Shown one piece after another: positions 26,001 through 41,000 of a stretch of 64,000 bases of DNA. The notes below the pieces were generated by a model, which saw only the letters and a list, made by a program, of their open reading frames with translations, was not told where the DNA came from and made no database searches. A program made the translations under genes and the position numbers. The stretch lies in NCBI RefSeq assembly GCF_009834535.1, contig NC_045697.1:38380001-38444000 (forward strand), read 5' to 3'. The stretch's first letter is position 1, and every line of letters begins with the position of its first letter. This stretch comes from Camelus ferus (taxonomy: Eukaryota).

Positions 26001-29000
26001 TTAATACTGGTTGGATGATTTAGTAAATGAAAAAAATGCATACAGCACAATGACCTTTTCAACAAAATATATAATCCAAACATCAGATGTCTTTATTTAC
26101 TTATTTTTAATGGATAACATGGATGGAAGTAAGAATTTGCACTAGAAAAATTCTCAGACAAAAATAAATAAAAAAAAAAAAGAAAAATTATGGGGAATAC
26201 CAACATATCACTTGTCCTAGACTTAGCATCAGCAAGAGTTGGACCAGGTAAAATAACCAAGAAAAACCTCTTGTGTTTACACTGTTGACCAGCTTATTCT
26301 TAAAACTCTGATCTCTTGCATTGCCCTGTAATATTTTGTTTTCTGTGTCTTTCCGATCCCATCTGTTCTTTGTTTACACTCTGTTCCTCTTACATCTCCT
26401 CTCATGAAGGCATACTCCTGAGCTTACTTAACCTGATGGGTTTTTCCCTTTATAATTGTGTTAATGGATTGATCTGTATAAATCTTTACAGATCCGTGCC
26501 AATCTGTGTCTTCTATTAAAGTCACACTTGGAGGTAGAGTGTAAAAGATAAGAACCTCTTGTGTTTTTGTTTTCAACCCAAAGCATTATTTTGTAAAATT
26601 TCTAATAATTTTCTTTCTAAAACATTTTTGGGTTATAAAAAGACAAATGAAATAGTACCATAGGCTTGCATTGCTTATTGTGGTAATTTTGTTTTATTAT
26701 CTGATGTGAATGAACATCTATGAAATTCTCTTACAGCATCTCCAGGAAATGAGTATTTTTGGAAAATCAGAATTAGAGAAAACTATAGAACATTTGACAT
26801 GTGTTAATCACCAGGTAATTTATGAAACTGGATTTGGGATGTATTTTGTTGTATGAGTGACTAATTGTAGTTTTAGTGTACTGTATGTTTTTAAAGTTAC
26901 AAAATAATATGTTAGAGAAACTGTGTAACAGTGATGAGGAGTGTATACTCTGAAGGTTGATTACTTGGGTTTAAATCTGTCACCTGCTATCTGTAAGCAA
27001 GTTTCTTAAACTTTCTGTCCCTTAATTTATTTGTAAAATAGGAATGATGCTAATACTTCTTAGAGGTTTTGTGAAAATTAAACAAGTTAATACAGGTCAA
27101 GAACTTAGAAGAGTCACTGGCATATCATAAGCACTCAATAGGTGTTAGCTATGATTATGTTGTTTTGTTCTTGTTTTAAAAATCTTATAGTACAGACTAG
27201 AGTAAAAAGCGAAATTCATTTTTACTCCTTTTATTGCTCTCACTAGAGAGAGGGTTTTTTAACAAATTCACATGTGTTCTGCTAGTCTGTTTTCTCTCTG
27301 TGTTTTGTTATGGCTCGTTTCCTTTTCTGTATTGTTACTGGTTTTATTTGTCTACTACTTCTATCAGTTTTGGGTCAGTTGATTTTTTTTTTCCCTCTTT
27401 CTCTTAATTTGTATTTTCCTGCTTTTTTGCATGCCTGGTAACTTTAGATTGGATGTCAGACATTGTGAATTTTATTTTCTTGGTTGCTGGAGAGCTTGTA
27501 TTCCTAGAAACACTCTTTGTTCTGGGATATAGTTAAGTCAGATAGAAGTAGCTTGATCCTTTTCAGTTTTGCTTTTAAGCTTCATTAGGTGGGACCAGAG
27601 TAGCATTTAGTTTGGACTAATTTTGTTTTACTACTAAGACTACATCTTTTTGAGTACACTACCTATTGCCCTATGAATTATGAGGTTTTCAAATGACTGA
27701 TGGGAACAGAAACTATTTCTGGCCCTACATGAGCTCTCAGTATTGTTCCCTCTAATTCTTTGATGATTCTTTCCCTGGCCTTGGATTGCTTTCTAGGAAC
27801 TGAGCTCTACTCAGCTGAAGGATCGAGGGGCACCCTTTACAAAACTCTGGAGCTCTTACTCTGTGCAGCTCTCCTCCAGTATCTGCCCAGCAAACTCTAA
27901 CTGCCTTGGCCTCCCTTGCCTCTCGTATTATGAACTTACAGGAACCACCAGGTTCAGCTGGGTTCCTTTCCCTGTGCCACAGTCTGGAAATCCTTCAGAC
28001 AGTAGGCTAGAACAATCATAGGGCTCATCTCCTTTGTTTCCTGTCTCTCAGGGATCACTATCCATCATTGCCTGATGCCCAGTGTCTTGAAAATCATTTC
28101 ATGTATTTTGCCCAAATTTTTAGTTATTTCAGTAGGTTAGAAGGGTCCCTGTCACTCCAGCCTGCCTAGAAAGCTGAGAACAAGAATTAATGAATGGGAA
28201 AATTTATCTGAGGTACTAGAAGTCAATGGAAAGAGACTAGGAGATAGAGAATACAAAATAAGTTAAAGCTTTAGAGAAAAAGGGAGAAGGTCCAACATTT
28301 ATTTAGTCAAAATTTTAGGAGACTATAATAGCATGTGGGAGAGTCAGTATTTGAAGACATAATAACTGATACTTTTCTAGGTATTATAAAAGCACAGGAA
28401 TCCTCTAATTCAGAATGCACAGTGAATTCCAGTAGTGTGACAAGTCTCAAGTAAGATAAATAAAATCCATGTCCTTTTCATAATGATAAACAATACCAGA
28501 TACCTATGTATAGTTTTGTAGGATCTTAATGGAAAACATTATGCAACCTTATTAAGAGACATTAAGGAAGATCTAAATAAGTGGAGCAATATATCAGGTT
28601 TATTTAAAAGGTGACATGTTTATAGAAAGAAAGTGAATTCTCCCCAAATTAATCTGCACAATTGATAGAGTTTCAGCTGAAATCCCAAGAAGGCGAGGTG
28701 TGTGTGGGTGTGTGGGGTGTGTTAAAATTGACAATAGATTTTAAAATGTACGTGGAAGCTGAGCCAAGAGTCACAAAGAAATTTTAAAGAAAATGGTGTG
28801 GAACTTGTTCTACTAGATATTGAAGGCTCTGGAGTCAGTGATTAAGATAAGAGTGGTAGTGCTCAGGGATTGAGAGAGAGAAAACCCAGTAGAGAAAAAC
28901 CTGCAAATTACGGAAATTTGATCTATAAAAGACTCAGATCAATGAGGGGAAAGAGAGGATTATTCAGTAATTGTTTCTGGGACCATTGCCTGTTCATATA

Positions 29001-32000
29001 TATGTATATGAAAAAGGAATTGGATCCCACGTCAGATATACCATACTCAAAAACTAGTTCAATGTTACTTGCAGTCTTGAATGTTCAAGAAATAACTACA
29101 AATTTTAAAAGAAAATACAGGAAAAAAATCTTTTTGACCTTAGAGAAGTAATAATAATAGCAATTGTTTATAGAGCATTTACTATGTGTCAGGTACTTTT
29201 CTTAACATTTTATATAAATATACACACATACATATATATTTTTCACATATATAATTTTAATTCTAACAACAATCATGTGAAGTAAACGTTAGTATTAGCC
29301 CCATTTCACAGATAAGGAAACTGAGGCAGAGGGGAAGCTTGCTCAAGCTAGCAGGTGTCTGGTGCCAGAATGTGTGATCCTAAACAAGACACAAATAAGT
29401 TTATTTCTTTAAAGAAAACAGATAAATAGGATCACATTGACAAGAACATCTTTGTTTATCAAATAGCCATAAATTGAAAGGACAAGCACTAATTGAGAGA
29501 ACAACTTGCTACGTATACATTTAACCTAAAAAAACTCAGCAGAAGATATGAATTGACACTTCCTGGCAGAAGACATTATAAATGGTTAACGTAAAAAGAT
29601 ATTCTACCTCAATAATAGGGGAAATACCAATTAAAACCACAGCAAAATCATTTCATATCCATCAGGTCATCAGAAATTAACAAGTTATAACAAATATTAT
29701 AGCGAGCAAGTTTAGCTTCTGGGAGTGCAAACTGGTACCTCCTTGAGAGAATGTGGCATTGTTCTAGGTTAGCAAAGGCATACCCCATTAGCCAGCAAAT
29801 CCATTTCTAGAGATATACCCTGGATTGAAGTCAATAAACTACGGCCCCCAGACCAAATCTAACCTCCAGTCTGTTTTTGTAGTAAAATTTTTATTGGAAC
29901 ACAGCCATGCTCATTTGTTTATACATTGCCTGTGGCTGTTTTTATGTTGTAGTGGAGTAGTGACAACAGGACCATAAGGTTCACAAAAACCTAAACTTTA
30001 CTCTCTGGAAGAAAATGAAAAACAATCTACATGGGGAAAATAGATAAACAATGGTTTAACTTAATGGAGTGTTACAGAGCAGTAAAAATGAATGAACAAT
30101 AGCTTCAAACATCAACCTGCATGAATCTTACAAATATGTTGAAATAAGCATGCAGTGATTCTTCAGTAAGCCAGTAACTCCCCTTAGGTTTCATAGCCCT
30201 TTCCCAAACAGGCAGACATGTGATATGGGTGGGAAAAGATGGCTTTACTTTTTTGGGGATATGTCATTGGATTAAGCTGATCAAAACAGAGGTAGTCCAT
30301 TTTGTTTCTATTAGGGAATCTTTGGTCTCCCAACAAATTTAATTCACTATTTTAAAATAGAAGAGTATCTTAGGTATATGAACTATATAATACGTGAGCC
30401 CATTAGGAAAATTGAGTATTTTCTCCATGTACATTGGAGAAAATTGTTTTGTTATGTAACAAATCTGTTATACATCGTCTGGATATTCACCCGACAAAAA
30501 TAGGTATGTGAATTATGTTTGCACACATTCTCAAAAATAAATAACTGTCCCTTATGAGTAGGTATGTTTGACGCCAGTGGCTTGTGTTGTAATTAATACT
30601 AACGGAGAAACCAGAGTCAGGAATTTCTTTATAAACTGTATATTGTTTGGAGATTAATACAAGTGTGCTGTGCTAAGGAAAAGCAAGAAATGAGAGCGGG
30701 GAGGGAAATAGCTCAGTGGTCGAGCACATGCTTAGCATACAAGAGGTCCTAGGTTCAATCCCTAATACCTCCATTTAAAAAAAAAAAAGGCAAGAAATGA
30801 GAAACACAAGACTCTATACTGTGGGCAGGGGTTGGGGGATGTGACTGGAGACTGCTCTCAAGTTTCAAGGGTTTTTCATTTTTAAGCCAGGTGATGGGAA
30901 CCCAAATGTTCATGTTTTTATTCTTTATACTGTACACGTACTCTTGTTTGTACAAGAATTCTGAAAGATTTTTAATGCAAAAAAAAAAGTTTACTTTCCC
31001 ACCTCCCTATCCCCCAAATTACCATCCATAACTCTTTCAACTCTTTTCCTGGTGTTTACCTCCCAGTTTCTAAATAATGTGCTTGTGCTGCATAGTCTTA
31101 CTTTATTTAAGGTTACTTAGTGAATTTCCACGACTGTAAATGATGGCTTAGAACTCCCCTTTTCCTTCTCCCATTACTTCAACATAGTTTAATTACACAG
31201 TTTGCTTACTTTAGTGGTTGCAGTTTATGTTAGCATGACTTCTCGTGGTTCATGGTTCAGCCAACTGGGACAGTACTGCTCTCGCCTTTTTTCTTGTAGA
31301 TCTTTTTCCTGGAGTTAATAATTGCTTTTGTTCTGTTTCATTTTTGTTTTCTGTTACTTTTCTGGTTTTCATCACCAATTTTCATCAAGAACTCCACTCT
31401 GCCCCATGCCTTTCAGTATTTTTTGAGTTTTCAAACCCATCAGTTCTGGTTTTTTCCCTCCCTGAAGACCTCCCTTCCTGACCTTTCCATCTTCTTGCTC
31501 CATTGTAGACTGTGTCTCTCCATCACTGTCCTCCTAAGACTGTCCCTGACCCCCTCTCCTGTGTTGAATCTCACGTCTTCTTCTTGATTTGTTCGTTCAT
31601 TTGGTATAGCATCTCTCCAGCAGTTTCCTAAAAAGAATACATGGGAGGAAATTTTTCTGGTACTCTACTTGTCTGAAAATGTCTTTATTCAACTTCCATA
31701 CTTGATTTATGATTTGAGTTAGGTATATAGAAATCTAGATTAGAAAATTGCTTTCACTAAAAATTTTGAATACTGTCCTCCATTGGTCTTTCAACTTTCT
31801 TTGAGGTACCTGAAGCTGTTCAGTTTCCAAGTCCTTTGAAACATGTTTTTATTTCTGAAAATTTTTAGGATTTTCTCTTCATCTTGTGTTTTCAGTTTCT
31901 TTCGTAATTTACTCTTTTTTTTTCCCTCTCTCTCTCTGGAACTTTTACTAGTTGATTTTAGATTGCCTAAAGAAGTCTGAGATTCTTATCCTTTCTCCTT

Positions 32001-35000
32001 TATTTTCTGTTTGACTTTTTCTTCTACTTTCTGGGAGATTTCTTCAACTTTATTTTTTAGCCATTCTACTGATATTTTATATATATATTTGATTTTCAAG
32101 AGAACTTTCTATAAAGAGATATCTAGGGTGTGAGAGTCCCAATATATAGACTTTCAGCCAGTCTTGTTCAAGTCTGCCCGTGACCCCACACCACCACTTT
32201 GTCCCTCCATGTGTTGAGCTTCTTCAGGGTAAGTCAGCTGCTCATTGGTATTCCCTCCTGTGGTCATTTTAGATCAGTGAGTCTTGACTGGGATCAGTTC
32301 TGCCTCCTAAGAGGTATTTGACAATATCTGGAGAATTTTTGATTGTCACAGTAGGGGAGAAAGTACTTCCTGTATCTGGTAAGCAGAGGCCAGAGATCCT
32401 GTTAAATATCCTACAATGCACAGTGCACAATGCACAGGACAGCCCCCCACAGCGAAGAATTATCTGGCCTCAGATGGCACTGAACCTAGGACTAGAGTGT
32501 ATATAGTTCTTCCACTCTGAGCTACTATTCTGTCTACTTTGTCTTTCACAAGTTGTTGAAGTCACTCATTCACCCTGTTTTCTGTCTTATTCTCCATGTC
32601 CTTGTGAGTATATAACTTTCTTATTTCTTTACTATTGTTTTAGCACTTTTTCCAGAGGAAAGGGAGAAAAAAATGTATGTGATCAGTCTATAGTTTTAAC
32701 TGGAAGACTTAAATTTATCACTAATATGTCTTGGTTTTGATTTTATGTGTAGATCATTATTCCATATAGAATTTATTTTTGTATGTAAAGTAAAAGAAAT
32801 TTAGCTAATTTTTTTGTCTCCAATGAGTAGCTATGCCAACTCTATCTTTAGAAATGCTGCCTTTTCAAAATTTACATTTGTGATATGCTTGTCTATAGCT
32901 CTGTGAAATCCATACTGTTTTAATTATATAGCTCTCTAGTTTATTTTGATATCTCATAAAGCAAGTCTAGCTGCATTCTTTTCCCCCAAACTTTTTCCTG
33001 TTTTTTCTTAACTTTCTTTTCTTCTAAATAAATTTTAGAATGAAATCTAAGTCACCCATTTTATTTTAAAATGGTTTTGTTAGGATTCTTACTTAAATTT
33101 CATTGAATTTATAATTATTTCAGGATATTTTAATCCATTTCCAACATTGTGTTCCCATTCAGAAACATGGTGCCGTCTTTACATTGTCAGGTTATGTTTT
33201 ATGCCCATCAGAAAATGTTATAGATCCTTTATATCCTTTATAAGTCTTGTCTATTTTGTGTTCAGGTTACAGTATTTTCTCTGATTTTTCTTCAACTCAG
33301 TCCTAATCTACTTTTTAAAAAAAAATTTTCTCAAAAATTTGGTCTGCTATGGTTTTCCTTCCTGTTTCATTGCTGTTATGGATATATTCTCTTCTTCTTT
33401 TCTTGCCTTTTTGTTTGTTTGTATCTTTTCTTTCATTTCAGTATTTGGTATTGAATGATATTGAAGAGGAGAGGTCAATGTGTTTGCCTGTTCTGACATC
33501 TGTAACCTAAAACAGATAACTTTTAAAGTATTCTTAAATAAATATAATTTATTTCCTTAGTTTTCTTCCAGAAATATTACTAGAGTGCTTAAGGAAAAGA
33601 AACTAAGACATATACCTATTAATTTTTTTTAATTTAAATTATAGCTTGAAAACGAAAAATGTGAATTAAAGTCTAAAATGTTAATAATGAAAGAAACAAT
33701 AGAGTCTTTAGAGAAAAAAACAAAACTCCAAGCTCAAAAACTTAGCTATGTGGCTGGTGACTCATCTCATCAGAAAACAGAGATGAACTCACTTAGGTAA
33801 GTTTATCGAAAGTTTTGTTATTTCACTTCTGGGAATGAGCTTGTGGCTAGATAAGGTTCATAATGGTGGCATTTTGGACTAGGGTTTTGAAAAGCAGTAG
33901 TTCCCAAAGTTGGCCTTGCGGCAGTAGAGTATGGATTTAAGGACTGATCTCTGGAGGTTCTTACTCACTGAGTGAATCTGGGTAGGTTTTGAATGTCTTA
34001 CTTTTTTTAAAGACTTTCATAGATTGATATGATTGCAGGCAAATTTTTGTACCTACTTCCTTCAAAAATCCCCCTAACAGATGCAGACATACTTTGTTTT
34101 ATTGTGCTTCAATTTATTGGCTCTTTGTAGATATTGTATTTTTTTTTTTTACAAATTGAAGGTTTGTGGCAGTCTTGCATCAAGCAAGTTTATTGTGCCA
34201 TTTTTCCAACAGCATTTGCTCACTTTGTGCCTCTGTGTCACATTTTGGTAATTCTCGCAGTATTTCAAACTTTTTCATTATAATCATGTTTATTATGATG
34301 ACCCGTGATCAGTGAGCTTTCACGTTATTACTACAACTCACTGAAGGCTCATGATGGTTGGCTTTTTTTAGAAATAAAGTTTTTTTAGTTAAGGTATGTA
34401 CATTATTTTTTTAGACATAATACTGTTGAACACTTAACAGACTACAGCATAGTATAAGCATAACTTTTATATGCCCTGAGAAAGCAGAAAATTCATGTGA
34501 CTTGCTTTATTGCTGTATTCACTTTACTGTGATGGTCTGGAACCAAGCCTACAGTGTTGCCAAGATATGCCTGTACTTTTGATCATTTGTACTCCATAGT
34601 GTTGAATTACTGAAAATTACAGTTTTTTGCTACCTGTGTCATTGCTCTTCTTGTTCCTCTTTCAAAGAAATGTAAAATCAGAATATTTATATACAGAATC
34701 TAAAAAGATGATGTATCTGAAAAATGGTAAGAAGGTCAATATGGCCAAAGTAGGCTATATCTACAGGTTGGAGTCAGGTTATAAAGAACTTGGTATGATA
34801 ACCAAAAATGTCTGGATTTTACCTTATAAACATGAAGAACAAACAAATTTTTAACCAAGGGGGTGACACGAGTAGCATGCCTTTTAGGATGTAAACTCTG
34901 GTAGAAATAAGAAGGTGGATTTGGAGTCTTAAGAGATTGATGGCAAACAGTGGAGACAGTGTGTCTAGACTGAAACAGTGGCAATGAACTTGGCGAACAG

Positions 35001-38000
35001 AGACCAGATTAAGGAAACATTTCTTACAGAAAATCAAAACAAATAGTGTAATAATACCAAGAACTGGTTGTGTCTTTTTAATTAAGGAATACTATTTAGG
35101 AAGGTGTAAGGTAGAAGCTTCTTTTTCCCTTTTTTTTTTCCTTCTTCTAATACATGCTGTGAAGGAGAGCTACCTAAGTGGAATGGTCTCTTTTCTTCTG
35201 GCTCATGTCTATATTCAGCTCCAAAGTACAGATAGCATGGTATATTTCTGTCATCCAGAGTTACTAGTATACCTGTTTCCCTTTTGTGTCCAGCTGGTTG
35301 AATCTGCATTTAATCTACTTTGCTTTTTCGTTCAGGCTATAGCTACAGCTCTCCTTTCCTTCCATTGCAGGAGGCCCTTTCCAGTCTTAGAAGGCAGAGC
35401 TTTCAGCCTTCTCTTGGATCCCCTACCCTGCAGCTCCTTTGGCTTTTTCTTTGCTGGACTAATACCATTTTCTCTTACTTACAGTCTGCTTCTTCCCTCA
35501 CCTAGGAGTAGTTCAGTCATTGTGTTATAGGGAAGGATTGTGAGAAATTTTCTCTTTATCTTGTATAAACTGGGGGAATTGCAGGATTCTATAACTTTGC
35601 TTTTCTCTGACAGACAAATCTGACTTGTCTCTAAGGAAAGTGTGTCAGTCATATTCTCTGTGTCAATATACATTGGTAGAACCATGAATTAAGCTATCGA
35701 GTCTAAATCCTGAAACCAATACAAATATAATACCAAGAATTCTATGGAAATAAAGTCACCTTATCCAAACCTCATGCCACTTGTGATATGGTTAATAAAG
35801 ATCTTACTGCCACTTTAATCACATCAAGTTCTGTTTCCCTTGACATGAAGACATTTAAGAAGCTGATAACTCAGATAGATGAAGCATATCTTCTTTCCAT
35901 CCACCTGGTAGGCCCATCTTCTCTTTCCCTTCCTGAGTCAGGCATTTTTCATTAAATTTCAGTGCCACCAAGCAGTCTTTTCTATATCAAGCACAGTCTC
36001 TAATTGTCTAAATAGAGGATCTTTGGTTTTTTGATGCAACAGCAGAGGACAATAGCCTTCATCCTCACCATTGCTAGCCATGAGGCTCTAAACATTTGGA
36101 TTCCTGCAGCTGAAAATACCCTCAGTCTGTTTGCATTTCACCTTAGTCTTTAGTTATTCTGTGTGTCTTCTTTAAAACTAAAGAGTTATATGACTTATCC
36201 AGGATTCAAAAAAAAAAAAAAGCATTAGCAGATTTTCATGGAAAGAGCCCATAAGCTGTAGTTAGAGTTATTTGTATGGTAATAGGTATCAGTTATTATA
36301 GTAGGGTGTGTTTGTGTATTCAGAAAAGCAAGTATAACTGGTCTCCCTTGAGAAGTATTTATTTGTTAAAGAGAATTGAGAACCATTTTAGATAAGAGAA
36401 AGAAGGCTCATAGATTCCTTGGGGTGCCTGCACTAATTATCTTCTGGGCATGCCTAACATTTTTTTCTACCAAGACAGGAAGAGGAGCCAGGGCCCTAAG
36501 TGAGGGCAGCTGAGCTCATGGAGCTGGACTTAGAAGGACTACTGGATACAAATCATCATCCCTTTGCAGAAATGTAAAAGAAAAACCAGTCCTGATCCCT
36601 TTTCCCCTCTTAGGTCATCAAGAGATGATACTTAATAGCAGCCTTTCTCAGTTACTGGTGGGTCATAACTATAGACTCTTGGAGACATCTGAAATAAAAC
36701 AGGGGTACCATTTCAGTCTCTCTTTTTTCTACTATGCCATTAAAATCCAAAACCTACCTCTCTTAGATGGAGCTTCAGCTCCATTTTAGATCTTGAACAC
36801 TTCTTATGAATAAAGGACCCTTTAAGATGCTGTCTTTCTTAAAATATACTCTATCATGAAGGGAAGTAAATACTTTTGACCCCTAAAATGAAAACATGTA
36901 TATCTCCATGTACTGTAATGTAACTGAGGAATTTGAATCTCAGATAAATGGTCCTATCCATCCACATGGCTGGTAAGTAGAGAACTAGAGCTTTGATTCT
37001 AAGTTAAGTTTTATTGCTTCACTTTTGGTAGGAAGTCATCACTTCCCTTTGCTTTGTTTATAGCACTTTCGAAACTAAGAAGTTAGCTCATTTTCCCAGC
37101 AACTTAGTTCTCAAAAGATTCTCAGATTTTCCTTTCCAAACACCATGATGATAAAAAAAAAATAATAGTCACTCAAGTATTCTTTCCTATGAACTTTATA
37201 CCTCAATTCTTTCATTAAGGAGGCCTTTATCTTAGCAGCAATACTTCTGTCAGAAAGTTACCTCCAAGGTCTGATATAGAGTCTCATTTATCCCCTTCCC
37301 TGTCAACATTAGAACATGAAAAAGCAAAGCTATTTTTATGACTCACTTAAGGGCCTCCTTTATATATATAATCAATCAAGATGTTATCCTGCCTTCGTTT
37401 ATCAACCCTACTTTCATCAGCAATTAACCCTGCTAATGAACTTAGATGTAAAAAGATCTTTTACATTTCTACTTAGGATTTCAAGCACTGCCAACTACTC
37501 AGTGTTCTTCTTTAGGAACTCTGGGAGCTGTTCTGTTTTTGAAAGGATTCGATACAGCTTACTGACAGACATTTTCCCTTCCACATAGAGGATACTCTGT
37601 GTTCTTCACAGAAGGCAATGTGATGTAGTAGAAAAACAATGATAACCTGGATTTGCGTATTTTCTTTGCCTTAATAGCTTTACCACTTCGGACAAGTTAT
37701 TAGTTATTTGCTTCTATAAAATTGAGATAATAGTTCTGATTATAGAACTGTTCTAGGAATAATGAGCCTTTGTTTATTAAGTATCAATACAATGAATATA
37801 CACTTTCTTCTTTCTCCACTCTCTCTAGCTATATCCTTCAGAGCAATAGCTGTAGCTTTTACAAACAGCTTGAATACAGTGAGTCACCTGGACTTTATAG
37901 ATAATTTTATGAAGTGAAACTGCTTGAACCTAGTGTCTTTCTGACCTGGATCTATTTGGTTGTGAAATTCTAGAGAAGTCAGTCTCACCTTGAATTTCCT

Positions 38001-41000
38001 CCCTGCCTCTAGGTCATCCATCATTCATTTGCTGTTAGATCAATCAGGGTCATGTCTTTTGTATTTCAGAATATCTCAATATTGCAAGTAAAACGTCTTC
38101 ATTTCTCTGGGAGATGTCCCATTTCACTAGTGGTTTCAGAATCCAACCTCCTCCTTGTTAGGCTAAGCCACCTTTGGTATCATCTTCCATCTTACCTTCA
38201 AACAAACCCTAAGAGGAACCTGTGGATGCTCCCAATGTATGCCTAAGGTAATAGTCATGTATTTCCAGCAAGGCAGGGCTAAGAATTCCTAGGCCAGGGC
38301 TATAAGCATCCAAAGACCCTAGATGACATGAAAGCAAATTCTTGTTACTTCTGAAAAAAAAAAATCTTACTGATCAGTAAGAGATTCATCTGAAATTGTC
38401 TTTATTTCTGCTGTATGTTCTTTGTTTTGCTCCCTGAAACCAGTCTTTAGTTTTAAATCCTCATTGCACTACAATAAATGCCTGTTTCTTGTTTACTGTG
38501 ACTTCCAGTTGACCACCTATCAAAAAGTCAAAATAGGAAGAAGAATTAAAAGTTCACTGATCAAGATGGTCAGGATCTTGAAGTGCCAGGCCATTCTATA
38601 AAAACAGGATTTTTCCTTTGCGTTGACTATCAGAAATAGATTTTAAGAGAAAGAGGGTTGATATTAGGAAACTGAGAAGAACTTTAAAACTATCAGGAAG
38701 CCTCTAGGGAAAAAGTATACAATTAATTTGATATTTACACTACATTATTTTTAGGAAAATGGAGCCATTTTAAAGAATGGTAGACAAAAAGGAATAATGT
38801 GTATATAACATATAATGCCATTGATTATACTGGAAGTGCTTTAAAATAAATTTTAAAACTTTAAAAATAAGAAAAATATTTTTAAGATCTTTCACTTTAA
38901 AAAAATTATTTCTACCAAATGTAATACCATTTGTTTTTGTCTACTGATTCTAGGATGGTAAATGAGCAGCTACAGCAGTCACTTGATGATTATCAGCATC
39001 GACTTTCCTTAAAAAGAACTGAACTTGAATCAGCCCAAGCACAAGTTAAAATACTGGAGGAAAAAATAGGTACATGTTCTTAAATTTTGTTTTTCCTAAT
39101 CCTAATTTATGTTGTGTAACAAACATTTCTTTTCATTTATAGGTAAACTCCACCTTAAGATGACTTCACAGGATGAAGAGGCTCATGTAATGAAAAAGAC
39201 CATTGGTGTTATTGATAAAGAAAAAGACATTCTTCAGGAGACTGTAGATGAAAAGACCGAAAAGATTGCAAACTTGCAAGAAAACCTAGCTAATAAAGTA
39301 TGTGACTGTTAAATATTATGATCCAGCATCTGAACAGAAAAGATTATTTCATTCTGTTTCAGATATGCAATTCTTATTGCCCATGTACAAGTTCCTAAGA
39401 CTCAAGGCCATATCTTCTAATATGTTTAAATTTCATTTTATCCCAATAATTTGAATCTTTTAAAGTTCTATTTCTAGAATATAGTTTTATCATACATGAT
39501 TACAGAAAACTCAAGGAAAGAATTTAGATTCTTAGAGTGGGTAGAAATATGCCAGTATGTGAAATTTAATTGGGACAGAGAAATATGTTTACTTGCAGCT
39601 TTCTTTTATAGCATAACTTACATAATTGGATTTGAACCATATAAATGTGATAAACTATATTTTAAATTCGGCTGAAGACATTTCTGTATTAATGGGTTAG
39701 AATCTTATGTATTTTTATAATTTCTATAGGAAAAATCTATTGCTCAGATGAAGATAACAGTCTCAGAGTATGAATCTTCTATGAAGTAAGTAATAATGAA
39801 ATAGCATCCAGCTTTTTTAGAAATTTTCAGTGAATGTGACTTTATCTATTTGAATAGCAATCTGGCAATAGCAAATTTTTCATTTTTTATTTTTCCTGTT
39901 TTTGCCGGTGGCACTTATCATTTTCTCAGTCTCCTGCATGGAAATGTTATCCTCTGTAACTTTCTCCCCTTCTCTGTCATCTACATCTAAACAGTTATGT
40001 CTTATAAATTACTCTTCTACGTACTTATTTTCTCCTTATTTCTGTTGTTTAAGAATAGAAAGGGCCCTATGCAGCCTCTAGTCATTAAAACTTAGATTAC
40101 CTTAGTAGCCAGTGTTGAATTTATTCTACATCTAAACCTTTTTGAACACTGTTGTAAGTTTTATATTTATGTCTAGTCTCTCTACTTAAAGACAAAAGTC
40201 ACTGATTATATTTATTTTGTATACCCTTACATATTATATTAGAAGTGGGGGCTTAAACAGTAAATAAATATTTGCCAATTGACTCATTTATGTTCTGCTT
40301 TAACACTTGAAAGTCTTCTGTTTTTGCTTGACTTTTGGAATAATAAATTTATTTTACAACTTTATTTGTGCATAATGATTGGTAGAGATCTAAAATATCT
40401 GCTTTACCTACTTAATCATCGTTTTAATGCAGTAGTTGTAATTTCTTGCACTCTTAGCATACTTAATTCAGAGTATAACAGTTTTCTTTTAAATGAACTA
40501 AGTTTTCTAAAAAACTTTCTTTATTATTGCCACACCTTGTAACAGCCAGCTAAAGGAAACACTGATTAATCGGGACCGTGAGATAAACAGCCTCCGGCGC
40601 CAGCTTGATGCAGCTCACAAGGAACTTGATGAAGTAGGAAGATCTAAAGAAATGTCGTTTAAGGAGAACAGAAGATTGCAGGATGATTTGGCTACAATGG
40701 CAAGGGAAAACCAGGTATGAGCACAATGCATAAACTGATAGTTTTATAGTGTACAATTTTACAATATATTCATTGTTTGCTAAATTTTAAAGCTCTGAAT
40801 TTTAATTCTTTCTAAATTGTAATTATATAAATATCAACAGCAAAATAAACAATTCTTTAAGGAAAATGGGGTTCATAAGGATATTTTAAAATGGGAAAAT
40901 AACACTTAGGAAAAGTTTTCCTTTTTTCTTGCTCTCTCTTATTTCCCAAATTCAGAAAGAGCTATTTGAACATAAATAGAACTCATTAGGTGCTACATTC

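Noticed and set aside
38367..38380. Perfect 14-bp palindrome TTACTGATCAGTAA, and a near-palindrome at ~37446..37466
   Set aside because: Expected by chance in 64 kb of AT-rich DNA; no supporting context.
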